A DNA stretch of 64,000 bases from Pristiophorus japonicus. Its lineage: Eukaryota. Shown here one piece after another: positions 25,401-37,439 of this stretch (position 1 is the first letter of the stretch; each line of letters begins with the position of its first letter). The stretch is from the NCBI RefSeq assembly GCF_044704955.1, contig NW_027254409.1, positions 310,001 to 374,000 on the forward strand. The letters run 5' to 3'. Both the position numbers and the translations under genes were made by a program. Under the pieces are notes generated by a model that saw nothing but the letters and a program-made list of their open reading frames with translations, made no database searches and was not told the DNA's origin.

Positions 25401-25716
25401 CCTTCTTATCACCTTGTGGTTTCCACTTCCACCAGTGCTACTCTGCTTTGTTGCCTCCTGGCTTTTGCATTCTTTCTTGGGGTTCTGTTCATCTGAGCTC
25501 TCACCCACTCCAGCTAGCTCAGAGACCTCTCCTGGGTACCCATCCCCCTGCCAAGCTAATTTAAAGCCCTCCCAACTGTACTTTCAAAACCACGCGCGGG
25601 AACATTGGTCCCGTCGCTGTTGAGGTGTATCCTGTCCCGACTTGCACAGGTCCCACCTTCCCCAGAAGCGGTCCCAATTGTTCAGGAAACTAAAGCCCTC
25701 CCTCCTACACCAACGG
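19465..25716 (-). mobile_element. Long CR1 LINE (end of ORF1, ORF2 EN-RT, TAAGAACA tail), split into 19465-21917 and 24870-25716 by a nested LINE
   Basis: ORF1 esterase C-terminus (WCRREGFSFLNNWDRFWGRWDL), EN motifs (YQNARSIQN, VYRPPN, IMGDFN) and RT motifs ([30 protein letters not shown]). Joining the flanks restores ITRG-SLEEEF. Confidence 0.93.
21918..24869 (+). mobile_element. 5'-truncated CR1 LINE with nearly complete ORF2 (APE endonuclease plus RT)
   Basis: CLNARSIRNK, GITETWL, VYRPPN, MGDFN, SDHN, then a 575-aa open RT segment 23046-24773 ([22 protein letters not shown]). One frameshift at ~22215 and one TAG at 22986-22988. TATGTTTC tail. Confidence 0.96.
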
Positions 25717-27234
25717 GAGAGTGGAGAGCACCAGCTCCAAATGTCGCAGGAGAGAGAGTGGAGAGCACCAGCTCCAAATGTCACAGGATAGAGCGAGGAG
25801 AGCACCAGTTCAAACTATCACAGGACATTAATATAGAACATTAATCTCCAGCGCAGATATAGGGGTTATTAAGATCAGCAGAAACAAACAATAACTGCCA
25901 GAATGAATATGGTTCAGTGCCCAATGCAATCCCAGTAAATCCTGTTCAATTCACCAACGCAGTATTACACTTTGAAGTGTAATTATCCGACATCACCTCC
26001 TCACCCTTCTTTTTTCTCATGCATTCAGCAGCCAGAGGCAAATCCGCAATAAATACTGCAAAGCTCGAGCCAGAAAAAATGTAATTGCCTTTGGGAAGTG
26101 TCTGCTCTAGTTACATTAGACAATGCCATAGGAACTGTTCCTTTAACCATTCAATATTGCCAGGTGTCTAACAGCGTCATTTATTACTGTTCACTGGGTA
26201 CAATGTGCTCTGTGCACAATGTGCATGGTTGAAAGCCGGCTTTTCCCATCTGTCAAGCTCCAACTTGACAGATCCTCCACATCTCAGCAGCCAGCACATT
26301 CGGATGGGCAAGATTGCGTTATTTATCCATATCTTGCCCAGTAACTGTCCTGAAAACTTGAACCTGATAAAAGCATTTGCATAGCCTTCTTTTAGAGGCA
26401 TAGAGTTTTAAATCATAAAATTCATAGAAAAATAAAATTTAAAACACATTTTTTGTCAAAAGCCCTGCCCACTGAGGTAAGTTTATTTTAAAGTGGAAAT
26501 TAAAAAAAACTTTTAAAAATTTGGAAAGTTTTTTTTAATTGGACAAAAATAGCTTTAATTTAAATAAATATTAAATATGTGGTGTATTTTCTATTTTTTT
26601 CTTTTTGTTTTGATGTTTGGCGGGTGTGTTTCTCAATCATAATAATCGGAATACCAACTTATGGAGTTCCCATTATTTTAAATGAGAAAATATTGTATCG
26701 TGATTGGCTGCCCAGGGCCATGTGATTCCAGCTCAAGCTTATGGACGTTAAGACGTGCACGCCTCCGCTGCACAGCGTGGAGGCCTCAAGGCCTGAATTG
26801 ATGGTAGTCGCAGCATTTGAAGGTCGTTCTGCAACTTTTAAAATTTTTTAGTCAATCGCCTTCGGGAAGACCTCGACTGGGATTTCTAGGCCATTATTAA
26901 AAAAGAATGTAAAGATTGCAGTTGCGACTGTGTTTGCTGACAGAAATTTCGATGTACCACATGGTCGAGACCGTGCCTGTGATTGTATCAAAACCTAATG
27001 TGCAGCGTCAGGAAAACATTGTGCCAATTTGGAACAGTAAGAGGAGGGCAGACCTTCCAATGATGAAGTTTCTTCTTGAGAACTTAACTTTGGTATTTTT
27101 TGCCCAAGAGCGCACACTTTAATAGGTTTAAAGTCCATGTTAAGAAAATACACAAAGGAATGTATTACACATTTGTTCGTGTTCCTTTGTGAACTTTGCT
27201 GACCTGACGATTTGCCAGATCATTTTGCATTATC

Positions 27235-27722
27235 CTTTGATTTCCTCAGGGTTAAAATGGAGTAGGGAGTGGCCTCGTGTCAGACAGAGAGATTAAAGCT
27301 TGAGTAGAGTGGGCCTATATTCTCTGGAGTTTAGAGGAATTAGGTGATCCCATTGAAATGGGGACAATTTTAAGAGGGCTTGGCAGTGTCGATGATGAGA
27401 GGATGATTACCCTCGCTGAAATTCTAGAACGAGGGTTGATAGACCCAGCATAACGGGTCAGCCATTTAGGACTGAGATGAGGAGGGATTACTTCACTCAG
27501 AAGATGGTGAATATTTTGAATTTTTATGTTCCCGGGGGCTGTGGAGGCTCAGTCGTTGTATATTCGAGGCAGAGGCCAATAGATTTTTGGGCTCAAAACG
27601 AATATGGCGATGGGAAGTGGAGATGATGTACAAGTTCAGCCATGACCTTATTGACCGGCAAAGCAGGCTGGAAGGGCTACCTGACCTTCTCCTGCACATA
27701 TTTCTTACGTTCTTATGTTCTT
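27235..27722 (+). mobile_element. Degenerate CR1 3' fragment
   Basis: Similar to CR1 ORF2 C-terminus and 3' UTR; TTCTTATGTTC tail. Confidence 0.8.
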
Positions 27723-27913
27723 CAGAGGAAACTAGTCACGGACGAAGGGGGCAGTCTTGAAGGGAGCAGCAGTGCAAAGCTGGCAATAGCGAATCGGCTG
27801 CACATTTTACAAGGCCGACAAAGACCAATGTCATGACAGAATGTTAGACCGAAGAAAAGAAAGACACCAAGATATAATCCGAGTAGTAATTGAAGCCGAC
27901 TCTTAAAGCTTTC

Positions 27914-28821
27914 CTAGTTTACTAACATTACAATTCGATTGCAAAAATATTTTGCCGCATGCTTTAACTCCTCCCTGAATTTTTTCTGAGTCACTTCATA
28001 AATAGACGTGTTGGTGCAGCAACTTAGGAGCTGGAGCATGTTTCCCCTTTCCTGGCGAATGAACCTGGGGTCATTGAAATTGGAACCTGCGAAATAAGAT
28101 TCGTTTGTAATTTTCACATACAAGAAATCTACAACATACGTCATCCATAACAGGATAAAACTGCCCGAGATGGTGAAGAGTAAAATGATGGACTTTCTGC
28201 GCCTCTCCATCTCTGGATCACTCTCATTCTTTCCATTGATGTGGGCCCGGAGCCTCCTGCGGGCTCTGTTGGCTCCTACAATGTCTCTGACGGTCAGAGC
28301 ATTCAGCAGCAAGATCAGGAAGAACGGGAGGCCTGGGTTTAAAAGACGAGCAAACCAATCATACGCTGTCCACGCGAGTGAAGTGTAGAAGCTGGATTTA
28401 ATATTACAAAACCAAGGGACCTTGTTGATTATATCGAGTGGTTCGTATATAAAGTACCAGCGAACGCTTTTTAAACAGCTCAGTAAACAGACCGTTCATA
28501 TAACCACAGCCGCTGTTTTCTCGGTGCAATAATTTGTTTTCAGCTTCTGGCAACAAATGGCTACAAATCGATCAAAGATGAAAGCGACCGTTAATCAGAC
28601 CGAACTCTCCGTGGCTGCATACATTACCACAGTACTAAGAGTACACGCCGGGGTCAGGGACAAGAAACTAACTGGAAAATAAATGCCACTATTCCGATTG
28701 AATATCACAGCTGTGATAACGACCAGAAGATCCGTCACCGCCATGGACACAAGGTACCGAGTGATACATCTGGAGAGACCGCACCTTCCTCGGGACAGGA
28801 TCACAATTGCCACTAAATTAA
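27914..28821 (-). pseudogene. Class A GPCR pseudogene, GPR139/GPR142-like, main coding exon
   Basis: Acceptor CTCTCAG, then VNLVAIVILSRGRCGLSRCITRYLVSMAVTDLLV...SV*LTVAFIFDRFVAICCQKLKTNYCTEKTAAVVI*...PFFLILLLNALTVR...RRKSIILLFTISGSFILLW...LQLLSCCTNTSIY. Seven-TM pattern with a DRF motif and two in-frame stops. A decayed first exon may lie at ~28985-29157. Confidence 0.88.
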
Positions 28822-29487
28822 CTGAGAGTAAGAAGAAAGTTAACATTGGGAAGCTACCAGTCAAAGTCTCAGCAAACACCTAAGTGTGACAGTTATTCTG
28901 TGACATTTTGAGACTTCATCCAACCACATCAGAACACCGTTTACAAAATATACCCCAAAAAATATTAGTGCGTTTCCAGTGTCACCTGTATCTCGACATT
29001 ACTCGCGATAATTAGTTGTCAACTGTAGAATACAGTATAATATAACAGGAAAGTAGCTTCAAAATATAATCGTCAGTATTAATAACTTTGTATTATGAGA
29101 ATGTATTATTTGATAGAGCCGACCACGGTTTAGATGTGGCCATTGGGATACTGCATGATAATACTCAGTAAGCAGGAGGATTCATGTTAATGCAATTTAA
29201 GGAGCATCAAAGGGTATGTGTAAGAATTCTCGCTTGTATGGAGCTAACACGCCTCCAAACTGTTCTAGATTCTGTTGATATCTGATCTTTATAACCAAAC
29301 AAACTCGATATCTTCAACACAAACACAACTCTAATCCCAGCGAGACTGGAGTGTCTATGGTGCCACACTTCCATTTACAGGTGATGTGGCACATGACAAC
29401 AGAAACACGACATGAGAATAATCTCAGAATTGATAGGTTCACAGCTACTGATCTCACATCTAGGTGTATAAATCGGCAAAAGCTCAC

Positions 29488-31308
29488 GGAGCGAAATTGC
29501 CCTGCACCCTGATTGGTGTTGGTAACCAGCTGGGGTTGGGACGTCCTGCTCCCAGTGTGGAAGTCCCACCCCGATTGCTGAATTGTGCTTATTGCCGCTC
29601 AAATGAAATGGAGTGCAAACTCGCGCATTCCACTTACTTTAGAGGCGGTACCAGCAGCTCTAACAGGGTGAGTAGTGCAGTGCTACACAGATGCTCCACA
29701 TAACGCTGATGCGGTTTAATGCCCCTACCCTTCGCCTAAAGCGGACGGCCTCTGTGCACTTTGCAAACCTCTGGTGGTCTCCACTAAACCGCCAGGACAG
29801 CGTGGAACCGGCCCTGCAGCCCGGCACCCAAAAGAGAATAACGGGCTCCACGATGGTGGCTCGGACCATAAGAACATAAGAACATAAAAAATATGAACAG
29901 AAGTAGGTTATACGGCCCCTCGAGCCTGCTTTGTCATTCAATAAGTTCATGGCTGATCTGATCATGGACTCAACTCCACATCACCACCCGCTCCCCATAA
30001 CCCCTTATCCCCTTATCGTTTAAGAAACTGTCTATTTCTGAATTTTAATTATTCAGTACCCCAGCTTCCACAGCTCTCTGAGGCAGCGAAGTCCATAGAT
30101 TTACAACCATCTGTAAGAATAAATTCCTCCTCATCTTTGTTTTAAATCGGCGGCCCCTTATTCTAAGATCATACCCCCTAGTTCAAGTCTCCCCCATCAG
30201 TGGAAACAGTCTCTCTGCATGCATTTTGTCAAACCCGCTCATAATCGTATACGTTTCGATCAGATCACCTCTCCTTCTTCTGAACTCCATAGACTATAGG
30301 GCCAACCTTCTCAGCCTTTCCTCATAAATCAACTCCAGAATTCCCGGAAGCAACCTAGTGAACCTTCTCTGAACTGCCTGCAAAGCAATGATACCCTTCC
30401 GTATATATGGAAACCAAATCTGCACACATTATTCCAGGAGAGGCCTCACCAAAACTTTTTATAGCTGTAGCAAGCCTTCCCTGTTTTTATACTCCATCCC
30501 CTTTGCAATAAAGGCCAAGATACCATTGGCCTTACTGATCACTTGCTGCACCTGCGTACTATCCTTTTGTATTTCATGTACAATTACGCCCAGGTCCCGT
30601 GGACTGCGGCACTTTGCAATCTTTTGCCATTCAAATAATGACTTGCTCTTTGATTTTTTTCGGCCAAACCCTCTCACACTTTCGAACATTTTAGTCCATC
30701 TGCCAAATGTTTTGTCCACTCACTTAGCCTTTCAATTTTCTTTGCAGATTTTTGTGTCCCACTCACACATTTGTTTTCCTCCCATCTTTGTATCGTCAGC
30801 AAACGTGGTTACGTTACACTCAGTCCTTTCTTTGAAGTCATGAACATAGATTGTAAATAGTTGGGGTCCCAGCGTGATCCCTGCATCACCCCACTAGTTA
30901 CTGGTTGCCAACCAGAGAATTAACTATTCATCCCGACACTCTGTTCTCTGCTTGTTAGCCAATCCTCTTTACATGTCACAACCAAGTGAACTTTATCTTG
31001 TGCAGTACCTTTGACCATGCCAGATGGGTACATGTAGAGCCAACCCGAGAGTCGGCAAAACGAGGAAGATGATGTCGCCGGTCTCTGGCGACATTACTTT
31101 TAACTTCTGGCTGCAGCGGAAGTCAGAAGCTGGGGTTGGCACCCGCTCGCGCCAGCCTTGCGGGAAGCGTTCTCCAAATTCCCGTGCAATTTACCAAGAG
31201 CCAGGAGAGCCCCCATCACCCCACCTCCACCCCTTGCGAAAATAGTATTTTGCCCCGTTGGCACCCCTGGAGGCACTAACGGGCCTCTAAAAAGGGCAAT
31301 TTGGCCCC
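29488..31308. mobile_element. Non-autonomous TIR DNA transposon (MITE, possibly PIF/Harbinger-like) interrupted by a CR1
   Basis: GGAGCGAAATTGCCCT at 29488 and AGGGCAATTTGGCCCC ending at 31308 form a 14/16 inverted match. GC-rich body, no clear TSD. Confidence 0.55.
29867..31008 (-). mobile_element. CR1 LINE 3' fragment
   Basis: TAAGAACA tail at 29867; RDLGVIVHE...QVQQVISKANGILAFIAKGMEY. Confidence 0.9.
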
Positions 31309-33604
31309 AGCAGTTGTCCTTTGGGACTCCTTGCTGAGAATGATCCTGGGTTGATCCATAGTTCTTATAAACCGGTGGGTATCCTACTAGTAAGTGTAGA
31401 AGTATGACATTCTTGTATGTTCTGTCAAGATTAATAAAGTAAACAAGTTCGAGAATACATGTGGTTATAGATTTTCGATATATATATGTAGATAGAGAAA
31501 TGGGAGGGGGAATGTGTGCGCGAATGCTCTGTTCAAGAGAGGATGGATCCTTATACTTTATTAAGAGTGTAGCATCGGCTGCGTTTCATTTCCATTTACT
31601 TCAATGTTGAACACAAACAGCGATCATTATAATGGGCAAAGTCGATGAAAATATATTGGTGTGCAAAAGGGGCTGAGATTGCCTGCGAGACATTTTTTGG
31701 CTGGCAGCAAAAGTAGGAATCAACCCAGTCCTACAATACTGATTCAGTATTATTATTCCTAGTTAAATAGAAACCGTTACTGAATTTGAGGAAAATAGTT
31801 GGTTGAAGATTTGGCGATTTTGTATCGTGTAAAGTAAGCTGCTGTGTAACACCAAACTAAAGCGCTATAACACCCTTTATGCCGGAATTGTGTAAGTAAA
31901 TAGCAATGATTACAGTTAGCAGTTTCTATTAATGTAATGAAATAAATTCGCACACACATTTGCCAAAATATAAAAATGGAAAGTCACTTTCCTTTAGACA
32001 CCAAGAGCAAGCATAAATATGTTTAGCATATTATTATTCAAGATTGCAATCGATAGATTTTTGCATATTGAAGGTATCAAGTGATATGGTGATAGTACGG
32101 AAAGGTCGAGTTGAAGTCGAATATCAGTGCTGTTGCTGTGATTTTGAAGCAACGGCCTCATTTAAGCCAGGCCGGCAATTCGGGTCGCCAAACAGGTGTC
32201 CCGATGCTGCTCCTGGATTGAGATCTCCCAATATCCGGACCCTACATTCCACGTGAATTTCCTGTTCATCACTCTTTCTATCTCAATTTTTTCTCAGAGT
32301 TTTGTGTCACACTCAATTCGATGCGAACATATTTTAGATGGAAATTTCATGCAGCTTACTGTTTTATATCAAACGTTCATCTATCACTAAAATATTATAG
32401 CTTCTCTTTGCAACTAAATATAATATTTACAAGACAAAAACATCAAACTTATTCAAAGTTTATTTAATTATGCGTGGCTACTAATGTACGGTTATTAAAT
32501 AAATCTTAGCCAAAAACTTGTTTTGTTCTACTGGCCTACGACGAGGCCCTGTGCCCAACTCTCAACCTCACGACCGTTTCAAGACCTGTTCCAGCTTCCC
32601 CGATGTATGCCGACCCCTCCGACTCCCTCCACGGTCAGTATGCCGTGATCCATGTTAAATTCTAATTCTGTCTACTTAGCCTCAACGATTTTCCTGTCAA
32701 ACCCATCACTTCTCGGTTATCTAGCCCGGTTTTATGCTGAACGAGCAAGCAGCATGTCTTCCCTGCCATCTTCCTTGCTCATCCACTTCTGGCCATCAGG
32801 AGTGTCTCAGAATCGAGCATCGCGAAATTACCCATTAACACTAAGCAGCCATACCTGAACAACTATTCACCTTATTTGATAGTGATACTGACTCTCTCAA
32901 TTAATAATTATTGTAAAAATTAAACATAATCACTTAAGTTAACTTACCCGATAAATGTAATCATTGATTGAATCATTGATTTAACAACCTCACTTTAAAA
33001 ATTCTATCCGATACATGTGATCGTTCTCGTCTGATCTCTACATTGGTTTACAAAATGTTGTCTGTATTCAGTTTATATTCAGTCTTTCATTATCAGCAAC
33101 GCAATCCTTTCCGCCAGGAAACCCACTAGAAGCCGACGAAAGATCCAATTTAAAGGCCACAATTAACGCATTATGAGAAATAATAATAAAAAGTGGGTAG
33201 CAAAAATGAACCAAAACCCTCTGAAATGAAACTGCAAATGCTGCAGCTCTGAAAATAAACCACTGAGATGGAAATGCACAACAACTCAATCAGCATCTGT
33301 AAAGAACACAGAAAGAATCTGGCTTCGGTTGCAGGCCCTTCACCAGAAATGATAAATTCCTCACCAATGACCTACACATCAACCCTTACATGTCGAATGC
33401 TCCTTACATTCGGGGACACACCTGTTATTCATGTGCAACATTTCCATGTTGTCATTTCATGCATACTGCACGACAACGAAAATATTGGAGATTGCAATCC
33501 CCAATAAAAGTAGCAACTAATTAAATAGGGATAAACCCCGAGATTTTATCTCTACTGGAATAGAAAATAAAAGCCAAGAGATAATAATGAAACTATATAA
33601 GAAA

Positions 33605-34050
33605 AGAAATTGCATTTATATTGCGCATTTAACGAAGTAAAGCGTCCCAAGACGCTTCACAGGAGTATCATAATGAGCCAAATATTCGGAACGATAACCA
33701 AATACTTGATCAGAGAGATAGGTTTAAGGAACGTCTTTCATGACGAGAGAGAGATAGCACGGTTCTAGAGAGAATTCCAGAGCTTAACGACTAGGGAGCT
33801 GAAGGCATGGCCACCAATGGTGGAATGAAGAACATTGGGGATGGGGGACAGGCCATAATTCAAGGAATGCATTCATGATCAAAGATAGTAGGGCTGAAGG
33901 AGGTTACAAAGTCTGGAGGTGTGGTGCAATGGAAGGATTCGACCAAGGCTGATAACGTTCAAATCAAAGCGTTGTTCGACCAGGAACTCGTGTAGGTCAG
34001 CAAGCACAGGGCATGATGGATGAAACGGATGGTGGGAGTTAGTATACGGA
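33605..34050 (-). mobile_element. Old L2-like LINE 3' fragment
   Basis: TTGCATTTATATTGCGCATTT...CCCAAGACGCTTCACAGG on the + strand resembles the reverse complement of an L2/SINE 3' end. Recognised by pattern only. Confidence 0.5.
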
Positions 34051-34194
34051 CAGCATGGTTAACGAAATTTAGTTAAGAATACGGTATGAAGTATTGCAGC
34101 ATCGGAAGGATAGTGAGGCAATAGAGAGAGCAAATCACGCGATGCTGATTGGCATGATGAGATACAAATATCAATAAATCTTCCAATTTTAATA

Positions 34195-35500
34195 TGCCGC
34201 TTTTTGATTTCTCTGCCCTCCACTCTTACTTTTCTCCTACCTATCTTTTGCTTCTGCCGCCTTTTTACTTCCCACTGCCTCCCTACAAAAATACCCATCC
34301 CCCTGCCATATTCGTTTAAACACTCGCCAACAGCACTAGCAAACGCACCACCGAGGACCTCGGTCCCGGTCCTGCCCAGGTGCAGACCATCCGGTTTGTA
34401 CTGGTCCCCACCTCCCACAGAACCGGTTCCAATGTCCCAGGAATTTGAATACCTCCCCCTTGCCCCAGTCCTCAAGCCACGTATTCATTTGAACTATCCT
34501 GCTGTTCCAACTCTGAATAGCACGTGGCACTGATTGCAATCCTGAGATTCTACCTTTGAGGCCCGACTTTTAAATTTAACTCCTAGCTCCCTAAATTCAG
34601 CTTGTAGAATGTCATCCAGTTTTTTACCTATATTGTTGGTACCTATATGCACCACGATAGTTGGCTGTTCACCCTCTCCCTCCACAATGCCCTGCACCCG
34701 CTCCAAGTCACCCTTGACCCTTGCACCAGGGAGGCAACATACTTCTCTGGAGTCTCGTTTGCAGCCGCAGAAACGCCTATCTCTTCCACTTATAATAGAA
34801 TCTCCTCTCACTATATACCTTCCACTCTTTTTCCAGCCCACCTGCGCAGCACTGTTATTGCTGCTGCCATGAACTTGGCTGCTGCTCCCTTTCCCTGATG
34901 AGCCACCATCCTCAACAGTATCCAAAACTGTATAATTGCCCTACCTTCCTTCCCCTGCTCTTCCTGATGGTCACCCATTCCCTATCTGTCTGTGTCACCT
35001 TTACCTGCTGTGTGACCAACTCACTAAGCATGCTATCCAAGACATCATCAGCATCGTGGATGCTCCAGAGTGAATCCATGCGCAGCTCCAGTGCCTCAAT
35101 GCGACCTGACAGGAGCTGCAGCTCGACACACTTCACGCACACATAGTAGCCAGTGTCCCTGGCTTCCCACATTCCGCAGGAGGAGCAGGACACGGCTCTG
35201 GGCTCTCCTGCCATGACTTAACCTTTAGATGAACATAATTTGGCAACAATGCCAAAGGTTTCCTACTAATAAGAAAAGAAAAAGAAAACGAAAAAATGCT
35301 TACCAATCAACCAGCCAAAAACTTACCCGCTTGGTTGTGACATTACTCTTCGATTTCATTTTACTTCTATTTTGCTTTTTGTTTTTTGACGCTACACCAG
35401 CTGTTCCTGTGACTGCTCTTCCTCCCGATCTGCCGCAGAACTTTTATCCGCCTCGATCCTCCCGCTCCCTCTAGCTCCTCCAACTGATGCTCCTCCGAAT
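34195..35500 (-). mobile_element. CR1 LINE 5' portion (5' UTR and ORF1 with zinc finger and SGNH esterase), 3' part missing
   Basis: MAGEPRAVSCSSCGMWE...CVKC, GDSII, VCCLPGARV, VVHIGTNNIG, DGLHL. Frameshifted. Confidence 0.88.
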
Positions 35501-35506
35501 CAGAGA

Positions 35507-36072
35507 TCAAGGTTTACTCACATAATACATGGTGTACTTATACAATGCAAGCTGAAATTACGCAATACAATCTATTCTCACACAATACAAGGTTTACGCA
35601 CACAACCCCAAGGTGTAATCACATAATAAAAGGTGTACACATACAGTAAAAGGGGTGCTCATACAATACAAGGTGTACACATACAACAAAAGCTTTACTT
35701 TCACAATACAAGATGTACTTACACGATACAACGTGTGCTCACACCATAAATGTTAGACTCACACGATATAAAATGTGAACTCACACCATAATATCAATAC
35801 TCACACTATATAAGCTGTATTCATACAACAAAGTCAATACTCACACAATACAAGGTGTACTCACACAATAAAAGCTTTACTTATAAATACATGGTGTACT
35901 CCCACAATACAAGATGTAGTCACGCAACACAAGCTGTACTCATGCAACACAAATTCTACTCACACAATATATCGTGACTTCACACAATACAAGGTGTACC
36001 CACACAAAACAACATATACGGACAAATGTTAATCTGTACTCACACAACACATTGCATACTCACCCGATACAA
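35507..36072. repeat. 20-bp degenerate minisatellite
   Basis: Unit approximately CACACAATACAAGGTGTACT, over 25 diverged copies. Confidence 0.85.
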
Positions 36073-36074
36073 AT

Positions 36075-36382
36075 ATCATCATTGGCAGTGCATCGAAACG
36101 AGGATGACTTGCTTCCACGCCGAAAAGAATGATGAGTTCACAGATGTTTCAATGAAGGACCTAATATTCCAGGTTCCAAACTACATCCTGACGGGTGGAA
36201 GATGCTTGTGCATGGATTTTTTTAACGTGTGGTGGCCGTTACACACCAGCCGCCACACGGGCTTGACAGAGCTAGGTCTTATTCCAGTGGCAAGGGTAAT
36301 CCTAGATGTGCTCTGCTGCGCGGACCTAGTGACCACTGTGTGGTCTGGCCCGCGCTGCCCAATGGCCCCGAACTCACGCCTC
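36075..36382 (-). mobile_element. Short bipartite RTE-derived non-autonomous retroelement
   Basis: Minus strand has a 5'-UTR-like body and FGTWNIRS codons (36157-36180, RTE endonuclease start), joined almost directly to GTGGAAGCAAGTCATCCTCG...ATGATGAT, the 3' end shared with 17994-18530. Confidence 0.6.
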
Positions 36383-37111
36383 TGCAAGCTACAAGGCTAC
36401 GGACTAAGAGCTGGAAAGTGGGATTAGGCTGGATAGCTCTCTATCAGTCTGCACAAACACGATGGGCCTAAATGGCCTCCTTCCGTGCTGTAAATTTCTA
36501 TGGTTATATAATGAGAAATAATTTACAATTTCGGGGGTCGATAAACAGGTGTTTAAAGGCCATTAATTTCTCTCTTTCCATATCGCTGTTAGTTAAAGGA
36601 ACACAGATTGATTTCCCCTCATTATGCATCTTTAGTTGTGAAACAAAATTCTTTCCTGTTAATAGAGAGCCACATTCTGCACTGGGGGATACGGCGGGTA
36701 GCTTCAGCCTTTAAAATTCTCCTCCTCTTGTTCAAATCCCGCCAAATCCTCGCCACTCCCTATCTCTTTAACCTCCTGCAGCCCACCAACCCTCTTAATG
36801 AGGGAAAACATTTTCAGTGTCAGACGGCTCGGTAGCCAGAGGACACCGAATTAAGATGATTGGCAAATGAACCAGATGCCACACGAGCGAAAAACATTCA
36901 GTAGCGAAATGTTATGGCCTGGAACGCACTGCCTGTAAGGGTGGTGGAGGCAGATTCACTCCTTACGTGCAAATGAGATAAATATTTGAGTTGCATAGAT
37001 TTGCAGGGTTATGAGGCAGAGCAGTAGAGTGGATTAATTATACAGCTTAGGATGAGCAAGAGAGGAAAGAATGTTCCAGAGAAACTAGAACTGTCTGTAG
37101 AGAATTTATAT

Positions 37112-37400
37112 CTTGGGCAGGCAGCTCAGTCCTTTGGAATGCACATCCTGGGCAGGCAGCTCAGTCCCATGGAATGCACATCCTGGGCAGGCAGCTCAGT
37201 CCCATGGAATGTACATCCTGGGCAGGGAAGCTCAGTCCCAAGGAATGCACATCCTGTGCAGGCAGCTCAGTCACAAGGAATGCACATCCTGGGCAGGCAG
37301 CTCAGTCCCATGGAATGTACATCCTGGGCAGGCAGCACAGTCCCATGGAATGTACATCCTGGTCAGGGAGCACATTCCCATGGAATACACATACTGGGCC
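37112..37400. repeat. 35-bp minisatellite, ~8 copies
   Basis: GGGCAGGCAGCTCAGTCCCATGGAATGCACATCCT repeated. Confidence 0.92.
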
Positions 37401-37439
37401 ATGTGGGAACACCTGGATGACCACGTTGCGGGAAGTGTC

